Source of the DNA: Fidelibacterota bacterium
GTDB taxonomy: Bacteria > Fidelibacterota > Fidelibacteria > Fidelibacterales > DSDE01
Assembly (NCBI GenBank): GCA_046735395.1
Contig: JBJKQR010000012.1
Span: 64,001-128,000 of the forward strand
Length of the DNA stretch: 64,000 nucleotides
Direction: 5' to 3'
A program made the translations under genes and the position numbers. Of this stretch, positions 10,425 through 19,199 are shown in pieces; the first letter of the stretch is position 1; each line of letters opens with the position of its first letter. A model generated the notes under the pieces. The model made no database searches. It was not told the DNA's origin and worked only from the letters and a program-made list of their open reading frames with translations.

Positions 10425-11288
10425 ATGCGGAAGTTATGGATGATATGTCTCGCAGTACCGTTGCTGATGGGTTCCTGTAAGGAAGAAGTTGTCAGTCAGA
10501 TGTCTGCAGCGCCCCCGGCCATTGACGGGGATCTGAGTGATTGGGGCGGCGATTTGATCATATATCAGGAGGAAGGTGTCGTCTGCGGACTGAGCCATGA
10601 TGAGTCACATCTCTATCTGGCTCTCAGCAGCCGGAAACCGGAAACACTTCGTGCCATCATGCGCTCCGGACTGACGGTCTGGCTGAATGATCAGGGGAGA
10701 TCCAAAAAAAGTTTCGGGATTCAGTACCCGCTGCCCATGAACCGGGAAGAATTCCGGGCACTTCGCCGTACGGGTTCAGGCGGCAGATCTCATCAGAACG
10801 GGGGAAACCGGGATTGGCAGAATCCGGAGAACAGAAACCGGATGATGGCAAAATTATTCGGAGAGTATCTCAGCACACAGACAGATTTTTCGCTTCTCAG
10901 CGGCCCCGGCCATGTCGAATCGCAACAGGCACTGAGCGTCAGTGAGTCCATCAAGGCCGCAGTTACATTCAGGGACGGCCAGTTCAGTTATGAATTGTCC
11001 ATACCCTTTGATGACGCGGAGGACGGAACGATGGCTTTGCATAAGAATCCCAAATCCCGTTATAATATAGGGATAGAAATTCCCGCACCCGATTTGACCC
11101 GGATGCGTGGAGGACGTCCAATGGGGGATGGAATGTCCGGCGGAATGTCAGGTGGCGGCATGAGCGGCGGATCCTTTGATGGCGGCGGACAATTCTCCGG
11201 GTCCGGAATGAGGCAGGGAGGAGACCGGTCGCGTTATCCGCAGCAGACAGATGTTGAGCTGTGGCTCAAGGTGCGCTGTACTCCCTGA
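10425..11288 (+). CDS. Hypothetical lipoprotein with a CBM9/DOMON-like start and a Gly/Met-rich low-complexity segment
   Basis: Lipobox LLMGSC, motif PAIDGDLSDW and GMSGG repeats. AAGGAG Shine-Dalgarno. Confidence 0.7.
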   Translation: MRKLWMICLAVPLLMGSCKEEVVSQMSAAPPAIDGDLSDWGGDLIIYQEEGVVCGLSHDESHLYLALSSRKPETLRAIMRSGLTVWLNDQGRSKKSFGIQYPLPMNREEFRALRRTGSGGRSHQNGGNRDWQNPENRNRMMAKLFGEYLSTQTDFSLLSGPGHVESQQALSVSESIKAAVTFRDGQFSYELSIPFDDAEDGTMALHKNPKSRYNIGIEIPAPDLTRMRGGRPMGDGMSGGMSGGGMSGGSFDGGGQFSGSGMRQGGDRSRYPQQTDVELWLKVRCTP

Positions 11289-11369
11289 TATATTCGTAAA
11301 ATCGAAGCTGTTTATTTAATAATTCGGTTGCGTCCATAGGTGATCCGCCCCTGGCATTAATCTGTTTTA

Positions 11370-11385
11370 TGCGATTCAGGTCACA
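11370..11385. promoter_or_regulatory. Crp-type binding site
   Basis: TGCGA-N6-TCACA with AT-rich flanks, upstream of a TTGCTT-N17-TAATTT promoter (11401-11429). Confidence 0.5.
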
Positions 11386-11473
11386 TTCGGTGATATGATT
11401 TTGCTTTCAATGGTTTTCAACCTTAATTTTGAAGGTGTGACGCGGAGGAAAAAATAAAAATGATGCGGGTGTG

Positions 11474-12751
11474 ATGGACAGACAATCTCAATATCTACTT
11501 GTCGAGGGGAATGAAGATCTTGGCGGAAGCCTGAAATCCCGAATGGAAAATGAACTCCAGGCCACCGTGGTATGGACGCAGACCTATCATGATACGCAGA
11601 CCTTGTTGCAGGAGCCGCGCTTCAGATTTGATGCGGCGGTCATGAATACGGTGCTGCCGGATGCCGAACAGGGAGACACTATTGATCTGCTGGTGAAAAA
11701 GGGGATACCCGCCGTCGTTATTACCACCGATGTCAGTGATGAAGAGCGGCAGCAGATATGGGCACGAAATGTGGCGGACTATTTTCTGGCTGAGGATCCG
11801 AATTGCGAAGATAACGTTCTGGCAGCTCTGGCCCGTTTGGAAAATAACAAATCCATCCCTATTCTTGTGGCTGAAGGTTCAGATGTTTTCCGAAAGATTG
11901 TCAGTGATCTGTTACAGGTTCATCAGTACAGGATATTGAACTGCAGTACGGGAGCCCGAGCCCTCGAGATTCTGGAAGCCCATCCGGAAATCAAACTTGC
12001 GCTCGTGGATTACGACATGGAGGATATGAAGGGTTATGAGCTGACCCGTACCATCCGGAGCCGGCGTCGGACAGATTCTCTGGCCATTATCGGGATTTCC
12101 GCTCAGGGTGATGAGCGGATGGCAGCCATGTTTTTTAAAGCCGGCGCAAATGACTTCATCGTCAGGGAGCGTTTTCTCATCGAGGAATTCTATACCCGCA
12201 TAAATCAGTGTCTGGATACCTTAAACCTGATTCAGACAGCCCGGGACGCAGCTGTCACGGATTACCTGACCGGTCTGCATAATCAGAAGTATTTTTTCGA
12301 AGTGGGTGAGAAACTGTTTTCATCTGCGCTGAGGGAAAACATTTCACTCGTCTGCGCCATGCTGGATATTGATCAGTTCAAACGCATAAACGAAATTTAT
12401 GGCCATGATGACGGAGATGTGATCCTGAAGCAGGTGGCCGCGCGAATCCGCGGACGGATGAGGAAGGCCGATGTGCTGGCTCGTTTCGGTGGTGATAAAT
12501 TCTGTATTCTCTCCGTTAATATGGGAGAAGACAAGGCCTTCACCATATTCGATGATATCCGTAAGCTGGTTATGAAATCAGGCGTTGTCCTGAATCCGGG
12601 CAAGGATCCGGTTACCGTCACGCTGAGTGTGGGTGTGACCCGTATTCTGGGTGACAATCTGAATTCCATGATCCGTCGTGCGGAGGAATTGCTCTACACC
12701 GCAAAACGGACGGGCCGCAACCATGTCCTGACAGATCAGTCATCACGCTGA
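11474..12751 (+). CDS. REC-REC-GGDEF response regulator (diguanylate cyclase-like, GGDKF variant)
   Basis: Two receiver folds, then DYLTGLHN, DIDQFKRINEIYGH and RKAD...RFGGDKF. Confidence 0.85.
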   Translation: MDRQSQYLLVEGNEDLGGSLKSRMENELQATVVWTQTYHDTQTLLQEPRFRFDAAVMNTVLPDAEQGDTIDLLVKKGIPAVVITTDVSDEERQQIWARNVADYFLAEDPNCEDNVLAALARLENNKSIPILVAEGSDVFRKIVSDLLQVHQYRILNCSTGARALEILEAHPEIKLALVDYDMEDMKGYELTRTIRSRRRTDSLAIIGISAQGDERMAAMFFKAGANDFIVRERFLIEEFYTRINQCLDTLNLIQTARDAAVTDYLTGLHNQKYFFEVGEKLFSSALRENISLVCAMLDIDQFKRINEIYGHDDGDVILKQVAARIRGRMRKADVLARFGGDKFCILSVNMGEDKAFTIFDDIRKLVMKSGVVLNPGKDPVTVTLSVGVTRILGDNLNSMIRRAEELLYTAKRTGRNHVLTDQSSR

Positions 12752-13011
12752 ATTATTCTGTTTTTCAGTTTAAATACTTCAGGCCCCGCGAGTTGGGCCG
12801 TCTGTCCGAAACCGGGAATATCCGTGTGCAGGGGAAAATGCCGCGGATACATGGAAAAAGCTAAAAATCGTTTAAAAATAGACATTAAATCGTTAAATTC
12901 CGGCAATATGGCCGATAAGAATTTGTACACCCTCAGTTTTACCAAAATACCCTTTTTCACGGACTATTCAAGGTTCGCGGGCAGGATGTCGGCAGGGAGG
13001 AGAGTCCGGGT

Positions 13012-14145
13012 ATGAATTCATCCCAGAAAAGTCTGATCCGTCAGATATTCGAAGGCGCGCCGGGCGGGAGTATCAACATGGCATTGGGTGAGCCGGTTTT
13101 CAATCGCCCTGCCTGGTTTGACAAACTGCTGACGCCGACAGTTCTGAACCGTTTCAGTTACAGTCCCAACGCCGGATATGCGGAGACGCGGGACGCCGTT
13201 CTGAATTTGAATGGCTATCCCGGCAAAGTGGAAGATCTGTGCCTGACCTGTGGCGCCGAGGAAGGGCTGTTTGCAACACTCAGCGGCATCCGGCTCGAAC
13301 AAGGCAGCAAGGGGGCGATGCTTGCACCGGATCCCTTTTTTCTCACTTATCCCACTATTGCAAGTTTACTCGGAATGCGGTTCGATTCCTATTCTCTGCC
13401 GGCCTGGTCCGGATGTTCGCTATATGATGCTGTCGCCGAAAATATCCGGGAGGATACGCAGGTGGTCATCATCAACTCACCGGGAAATCCGGCGGGAAAT
13501 ATGGTCGATATTGAGGACTTGCATCGCGTCGAGAATCTCTGCGCGGAAAAGAATATTTTTCTGCTGGTGGATGAGGTGTATCGCTTTTTCGGCAATGAAA
13601 CCCGGCCGGTGTCCCACAGCTGGGAGGAGTTGGGCAGTCATACGATCTGCGTCAGTTCAGTCACGAAGATATTCGGACTTCCGGGTCTTCGTCTGGGCTG
13701 GGCCTTTACCCGCCATCCGCTGATGCAGAATATCATTGCAGCTCATCAGAGCATCACGGCCATTTCACCCACGCCGTCCCAGCAGATTGTAGCTGAATTC
13801 CCCGCTTATGATTATTCGAAATGGCTGAAGGAAAACAGGGACAAAACGATCCGTAACCGGAATTCGCTCATGGCAATGCTGGATGATCATGGCCTGGAAT
13901 ATATTCGCCCGGAAGGCGCTTTCTATCTGCTTCTGAAAGTACCGGAAGCTGTGTTGGCAAACTTTGACGATGTAGAAACTGCATTTGCCCTGAGGGACGA
14001 ATTTTCAGTTCTTGTCGTTCCCGGATCCGCCTTCGGCGCCAACGCACGCGGAACGCTGCGTCTGTCCTTCGGCGGTGCGGGCGACGATTTCCCCGAAGCT
14101 GTGCGGCGGATTCATCACGGTTTTGAAAAATTATCTAAAAGTTAA
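13012..14145 (+). CDS. PLP-dependent class I/II aminotransferase
   Basis: Motifs NSPGNPAG, DEVY, SVTKIFGLPGLRLGW, PEGAFY and LRLSF. Confidence 0.9.
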   Translation: MNSSQKSLIRQIFEGAPGGSINMALGEPVFNRPAWFDKLLTPTVLNRFSYSPNAGYAETRDAVLNLNGYPGKVEDLCLTCGAEEGLFATLSGIRLEQGSKGAMLAPDPFFLTYPTIASLLGMRFDSYSLPAWSGCSLYDAVAENIREDTQVVIINSPGNPAGNMVDIEDLHRVENLCAEKNIFLLVDEVYRFFGNETRPVSHSWEELGSHTICVSSVTKIFGLPGLRLGWAFTRHPLMQNIIAAHQSITAISPTPSQQIVAEFPAYDYSKWLKENRDKTIRNRNSLMAMLDDHGLEYIRPEGAFYLLLKVPEAVLANFDDVETAFALRDEFSVLVVPGSAFGANARGTLRLSFGGAGDDFPEAVRRIHHGFEKLSKS

Positions 14146-14153
14146 GGAGTGAT

Positions 14154-15596
14154 ATGACAGCACAAGACAGAGGACATGGACTGGGACAGCAATTGTCCAC
14201 CTTTCCCCGTGCGTTCTGGATGCTGAACATCATGGAGATGCTGGAACGGCTGGCCTATTACGGTGTCCGCGTCGTAATCCCGATCTACATCGCCCAGGCA
14301 GATGAAATCGGCGGTCTCCATTTTACGCAGATTCAGAAAGGTGAAATCTTTATGTGGTGGGCCATTGTGCAATCATTGGTTCCCATGTTCTCCGGCGGTT
14401 TTGCAGATCGTTACGGATATAAGAAAACCATCGCCTTTTCCATCGTTTTCAAAGCAATCGGGTATCTGCTGATGGCGACACAGCGCGCTTTCTTTCCCTT
14501 TCTCATGGGGACGCTGGTGCTTGCCTTCGGGACGGCTGTCTTCAAACCCGGTATTCAGGGATCTCTGGTCCAGACACTGGATGAAAAACACAGTTCGGTC
14601 GGGTGGGGCACCTTCTATATGCTGGTGAATATCGGCGGATTTCTCGGGCCGCCCCTGGCGCATTTCCTCTACGGAATCAGCTGGCCGGCCGTCTTCTACG
14701 GATGTGCAGTCATCGTTTCGCTCAATTTCATCACCCTGCTGACCTATGAAGAAATTCCGGCAGGCGGGGAACAGACCATGAGTCCCATGGATATCATGGT
14801 GAAAACATTCAGAAATATTATTAAACCCCGTCTCGGACTCTTCATCCTGATCATGTCCGGGTTCTGGCTCATGTTCATGCAACTCTTCGATATGCTCCCC
14901 AATTTCATCGTTGACTGGGTGGACACGGCCGATATGGTTTCACGCTTTCATCTGCCGTCCTTCATGACGGTGGAAACCCTGCGCGGGACCATGGTCACTC
15001 AGGAATGGCTGATTAACGCCAACGCGGGACTCATTGTCCTGGCGGTTGTCTTCGTTTCATGGATGGTGTCCAGAATGCGGAGAGTGACCTCGATTTTTAT
15101 CGGTATCACTATTTCCGCCATCGGCCTGGTGACGGCCGGATTCACCATGAACGGGTATTTTGTGCTGATGGGAATCCTCATGTTCTCCGTCGGTGAAATG
15201 CTCTCCTCACCCAAAATGAATGAATACCTGGGCGTGATTGCCCCTGCCGGTGAGAAAGGCCTGTATATGGGTTATGCCAACATTCCGCTGGCTGTGGGCT
15301 GGGGCTACGGCTCTCTCATGGGAGGCAAGGTCTATGATCAGATGGGTGACAAGGCAAATCTGGCTATTCGCTACCTCAGGGAAAATCTGAATTTTACTGA
15401 TGAGGTTGTGCGGAATAATGCCTTTGCCAAACTCATGGATGTGACGGGCATGTCTGCAGGGGATGCGACGCATCTGCTCTGGAACCAGTATCATCCCTAC
15501 AGACTCTGGTATCAGTTTGCAGCGATCGGTCTCCTGTCTGCAGTCGGCATTTTTATTTATTCCCAGGCTGTAAAAAAATCAGAAGCGGGGATCTGA
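14154..15596 (+). CDS. MFS transporter, POT/PTR-like peptide permease
   Basis: EMLERLAYYG (ExxER motif), FYMLVNIGG and about 12 transmembrane segments. Confidence 0.85.
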   Translation: MTAQDRGHGLGQQLSTFPRAFWMLNIMEMLERLAYYGVRVVIPIYIAQADEIGGLHFTQIQKGEIFMWWAIVQSLVPMFSGGFADRYGYKKTIAFSIVFKAIGYLLMATQRAFFPFLMGTLVLAFGTAVFKPGIQGSLVQTLDEKHSSVGWGTFYMLVNIGGFLGPPLAHFLYGISWPAVFYGCAVIVSLNFITLLTYEEIPAGGEQTMSPMDIMVKTFRNIIKPRLGLFILIMSGFWLMFMQLFDMLPNFIVDWVDTADMVSRFHLPSFMTVETLRGTMVTQEWLINANAGLIVLAVVFVSWMVSRMRRVTSIFIGITISAIGLVTAGFTMNGYFVLMGILMFSVGEMLSSPKMNEYLGVIAPAGEKGLYMGYANIPLAVGWGYGSLMGGKVYDQMGDKANLAIRYLRENLNFTDEVVRNNAFAKLMDVTGMSAGDATHLLWNQYHPYRLWYQFAAIGLLSAVGIFIYSQAVKKSEAGI

Positions 15597-15601
15597 AACA
15601 T

Positions 15602-16711
15602 ATGTCGGAAGAAATTATGATCAAAAAAACTCCGTTTTATGACAGGCACGTGGCATTTCATGCCAAAATAGTGGAATTTGCCGGCTTTGAGATGCCGGTG
15701 AGTTACGAGGGAATCAATGCCGAACATCTGCACGTCCGCCAGGCTCTGGGCGTATTCGACGTTTCGCACATGGGTGAATTCTTCGTGGAGGGGCCGGGCG
15801 CACAGGCCTTTCTCCAGACCATGACTGTCAATGATGTGGAAGCGCTTCGTGACGGCCAGGCTCAGTATTCGGCCATGTGCTATGATGACGCCGGTATTGT
15901 GGATGATCTCATTGTCTATCGTTTCGATGCGTCCAAATATATGCTGGTGGTGAATGCGGCCAATCTGGAGAAGGATTTTTTCTGGCTTCAGCAGCACCTC
16001 AACGGGGACGTGACCCTGACTGATCGCAGCGATGATCTGGCCCTGCTGGCGGTTCAGGGGCCCGATGCCATGAATTGCATACAGAAACTCTGTGATATAG
16101 ATGTTTCGGAAATCGAATTCTATCATTTTCGCGAATGCCGCATCGCCGGCGAGGAGGTGCTTCTTTCCAGAACCGGTTACACCGGAGAGAAGGGGTTTGA
16201 AATTTATCACAGCCCGCTTCAGTCCGATACCATCTGGGATGCACTGTTTCAGACCGGGAAAGCCTGGAATATCAAACCTATCGGACTGGGCGCCCGTGAT
16301 ACACTCCGGCTCGAAATGAAATACTGCCTGTACGGAAATGATATTGATTCCGGTACCAACCCCCTGGAAGCAGGACTGGGATGGATTACGCGTCTGAATA
16401 AAAACGGCGACTTCATCGGAAAGGATGCGTTGCTGAAGATAAAGGAAGCGGGCCTGAAACGAAAATTGGTTGGATTCAAGATGATCGACCGCGGCATACC
16501 CCGTCATGGATATGAGGTGGATGTGGAGGGTCAGATCTCAGGCATTGTGACCTCCGGCACCCAGTCTCCCACGCTTGGGGAAGCCATTGGCCTTGCCTAC
16601 GTTGATACAGCTTATGCCAAAGTCGGGAATGAAATCCGTATTCTGATCCGCGGCAAAGCGCTGAGAGCCAAAGTTGTAAAAACCCCTTTCACGGATTCGA
16701 GCCCACTCTGA
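15602..16711 (+). CDS. gcvT: Glycine cleavage system aminomethyltransferase T
   Basis: Motifs KTPFYDRH, FDVSHMGE, RTGYTGE and GLGARDTLRLE. Confidence 0.96.
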   Translation: MSEEIMIKKTPFYDRHVAFHAKIVEFAGFEMPVSYEGINAEHLHVRQALGVFDVSHMGEFFVEGPGAQAFLQTMTVNDVEALRDGQAQYSAMCYDDAGIVDDLIVYRFDASKYMLVVNAANLEKDFFWLQQHLNGDVTLTDRSDDLALLAVQGPDAMNCIQKLCDIDVSEIEFYHFRECRIAGEEVLLSRTGYTGEKGFEIYHSPLQSDTIWDALFQTGKAWNIKPIGLGARDTLRLEMKYCLYGNDIDSGTNPLEAGLGWITRLNKNGDFIGKDALLKIKEAGLKRKLVGFKMIDRGIPRHGYEVDVEGQISGIVTSGTQSPTLGEAIGLAYVDTAYAKVGNEIRILIRGKALRAKVVKTPFTDSSPL

Positions 16712-16712
16712 T

Positions 16713-19175
16713 ATGATGCAGAAAAACAAAACAGAAAACCGCCGCCAATCCGAAATCATCGGGATTCTTATTATGACCATCAGTGTTCTGGTGGCCATCA
16801 GTTTTGCATCCTATACACCCCGGGACGAACTCTTGATGGACAGGTATTTTCTGATCGAGAATGCCATGGGCATTATCGGTGTCTTTGTCAGCACCTATCT
16901 GATCAAGTTCGGATTCGGATATCTCAGCTGGGGTTTGCTGATCATCTCCGGAGCCTGGGGATGGTGGATATTCTCCGGCCGCGACAAGAAGGCTCTGATA
17001 CGTTTTTCTGTTTATCTGTTGATGACGATTTATGTCGTTTCGGTTCTCTTCAGTATTCCGGCAGTTCAGCGACGACTTTTTCTGCCGCTGGGGTACGTGG
17101 CCGGTGGAATGATCGGCGGTACGACCGCGGATCTTCTGCAGGACTGGATCGGGAAAATTCCGGCCACCATTTTAATGGCGGTCTTTCTGTTGATTCTGCT
17201 GTTTTCCTACCTGCGCATATCCATGTTCAGTCCGGTGGAATTCTTGCAGGAAACCTGGCGGGGCCTTCTCTACAGATTTGAATACCGACTGAGGACCTGG
17301 AGACGGAATCACGGGGCGAAAACAGAGGACGAAAAGCCTGAAAAACCGGGGAAGCGGAAACCGCAGGCTGCTGAACCGCAGCCGCTTATGGCTGTTCCAT
17401 CCCTGGCCGCTACAGACAGTGAACCGGAGGCGATATCCGATCCGGATCTGCTGAGTTTCGGTTCCGATGAAGAAGACCCGGCTTCTGCAGCGGATGAATC
17501 CGTTCCCGAATCGGAACTGAGACATGATGAGCCTGACATTCCAGCGGAGACCGCTCCGGACGAAACACATGAGGAAACTCCCGGTGAGTCGGAGAGCGAA
17601 AATTTTGAAGTCTCGGAAAAGCTGACTGATGATGATATCAATTATGATGAGACGAGTCAGATTGAGCAGAGGCCCGAATATAAACTCCCCAGTGTGGATC
17701 TTCTGAATAACCCTGCAGAATCGCAGGAAGTGGATCCGGAAGAATTGGCTGAAAATGCGAAAATTCTCACCCAGACACTGATGGATTTCGGTGTGAGCGG
17801 CAAAGTGACACGCGTTGTACCGGGGCCTGTGGTTACATTGTATGAAGTGGAGCCGGCCACGGGTGTACGGGTAAACCGGATTTCAGTGCTGGCTGATGAT
17901 ATTGCCCGGGTGATGTCCGCCAAGCGCATCCGAATCATCGCACCCATACCCGGGAAAAATGTGGTCGGCGTGGAAATTCCCAACAAGCGTCCTGAAATTG
18001 TATATTTCAAGTCCATCGTTAATTCGGAAATATTTTCGAAAGGTTCGTCAGTCCTGTCCATAGCTCTCGGGAAAATGGTCAATGGCCAGCCTTTTATCTT
18101 TGATCTGGACCGGATGCCTCACCTGCTCATCGCCGGAACCACCGGATCCGGAAAATCGGTCTGTATCAATACTCTCATCATGTCCATCCTGTACCGGGCC
18201 AAACCGGATGAAGTAAAATTCATCATGGTGGATCCGAAAAAGCTCGAATTGTCCATTTACAAGGCGCTGGTCAATTATCACCTGATCACCAGTGAAGATA
18301 TTGATGAATATGTGATTACATCTCCGTCCAATGCCGTCCTGGCTCTCCGTTCCGCCGAGGTTGAGATGGAACGGCGCTATACGGTTCTGTCCGAGGCGAA
18401 GGTCCGGAACATCGGTGAATACAATCAGAGGGCGGAGCAGTCCGGTGAGTACAGGCCTTTGCCCTATATTGTGGTGATTATCGATGAGCTTGCCGATCTG
18501 ATGATCACTGCGAGCCGGGAGATAGAGGAACCCATCGCCAGACTGGCCCAGATGGCCCGTGCCGTCGGTATTCATCTGGTTGTGGCCACACAGAGGCCCA
18601 GTGTGGATGTCATTACCGGTGTCATCCGCTCAAATTTTCCTGCCCGCATCGCCTTCCAGGTTCCGACGAAAATAGACAGCCGTACCATTCTGGATACGGG
18701 GGGCGCAGAGAAGCTGCTCGGGAAGGGGGACATGCTCTTCCTGTCACCCGGCACCTCCGAACCGGTTCGCGTGCATAATTCCTATGTGGTGCTGGAAGAA
18801 ATCGAAGCAGTTCTGGATCATATTTCCGGCCAGAGTTCAGACGCCGAGGAATTTGTTCTGCCATCGTCACAGACAGCTGAGGATAATTCCGATTCGGATG
18901 ATTTCAGCGACAACAGCCAGCGGGATTCGCTTTTTGACGAAGCGCTCCGTCTCGTAGTTCAGCATCAGCAGGGAAGTATATCTCTGGTACAGAGGCGTCT
19001 GCGGGTCGGATACAGCAGAGCCGCCCGCCTCATTGATGAACTGGAACATGCCGGAATCGTGGGCCCCTTTACAGGCTCCAAGGCCCGGGAAGTACTGGTG
19101 GGTCCTGAATACATTGACCATATAGACAGTTATAACCGACCTGAAATAGGATTGTCCGAAGAGGACGAGGACTGA
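16713..19175 (+). CDS. ftsK: DNA translocase FtsK
   Basis: N-terminal TM domain, acidic linker, PHLLIAGTTGSGKS, IDELADL, ATQRPSVDV and gamma domain QRRLRVGYSRAAR. Confidence 0.96.
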   Translation: MMQKNKTENRRQSEIIGILIMTISVLVAISFASYTPRDELLMDRYFLIENAMGIIGVFVSTYLIKFGFGYLSWGLLIISGAWGWWIFSGRDKKALIRFSVYLLMTIYVVSVLFSIPAVQRRLFLPLGYVAGGMIGGTTADLLQDWIGKIPATILMAVFLLILLFSYLRISMFSPVEFLQETWRGLLYRFEYRLRTWRRNHGAKTEDEKPEKPGKRKPQAAEPQPLMAVPSLAATDSEPEAISDPDLLSFGSDEEDPASAADESVPESELRHDEPDIPAETAPDETHEETPGESESENFEVSEKLTDDDINYDETSQIEQRPEYKLPSVDLLNNPAESQEVDPEELAENAKILTQTLMDFGVSGKVTRVVPGPVVTLYEVEPATGVRVNRISVLADDIARVMSAKRIRIIAPIPGKNVVGVEIPNKRPEIVYFKSIVNSEIFSKGSSVLSIALGKMVNGQPFIFDLDRMPHLLIAGTTGSGKSVCINTLIMSILYRAKPDEVKFIMVDPKKLELSIYKALVNYHLITSEDIDEYVITSPSNAVLALRSAEVEMERRYTVLSEAKVRNIGEYNQRAEQSGEYRPLPYIVVIIDELADLMITASREIEEPIARLAQMARAVGIHLVVATQRPSVDVITGVIRSNFPARIAFQVPTKIDSRTILDTGGAEKLLGKGDMLFLSPGTSEPVRVHNSYVVLEEIEAVLDHISGQSSDAEEFVLPSSQTAEDNSDSDDFSDNSQRDSLFDEALRLVVQHQQGSISLVQRRLRVGYSRAARLIDELEHAGIVGPFTGSKAREVLVGPEYIDHIDSYNRPEIGLSEEDED

Positions 19176-19199
19176 TTCCCCACACCGGGACTCTTCTTC

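Noticed and set aside
11120..11215. GGAATGTCCGGC-like tandem repeats
   Set aside because: They are an in-frame Gly/Met/Ser low-complexity coding sequence, not a DNA-level repeat element.
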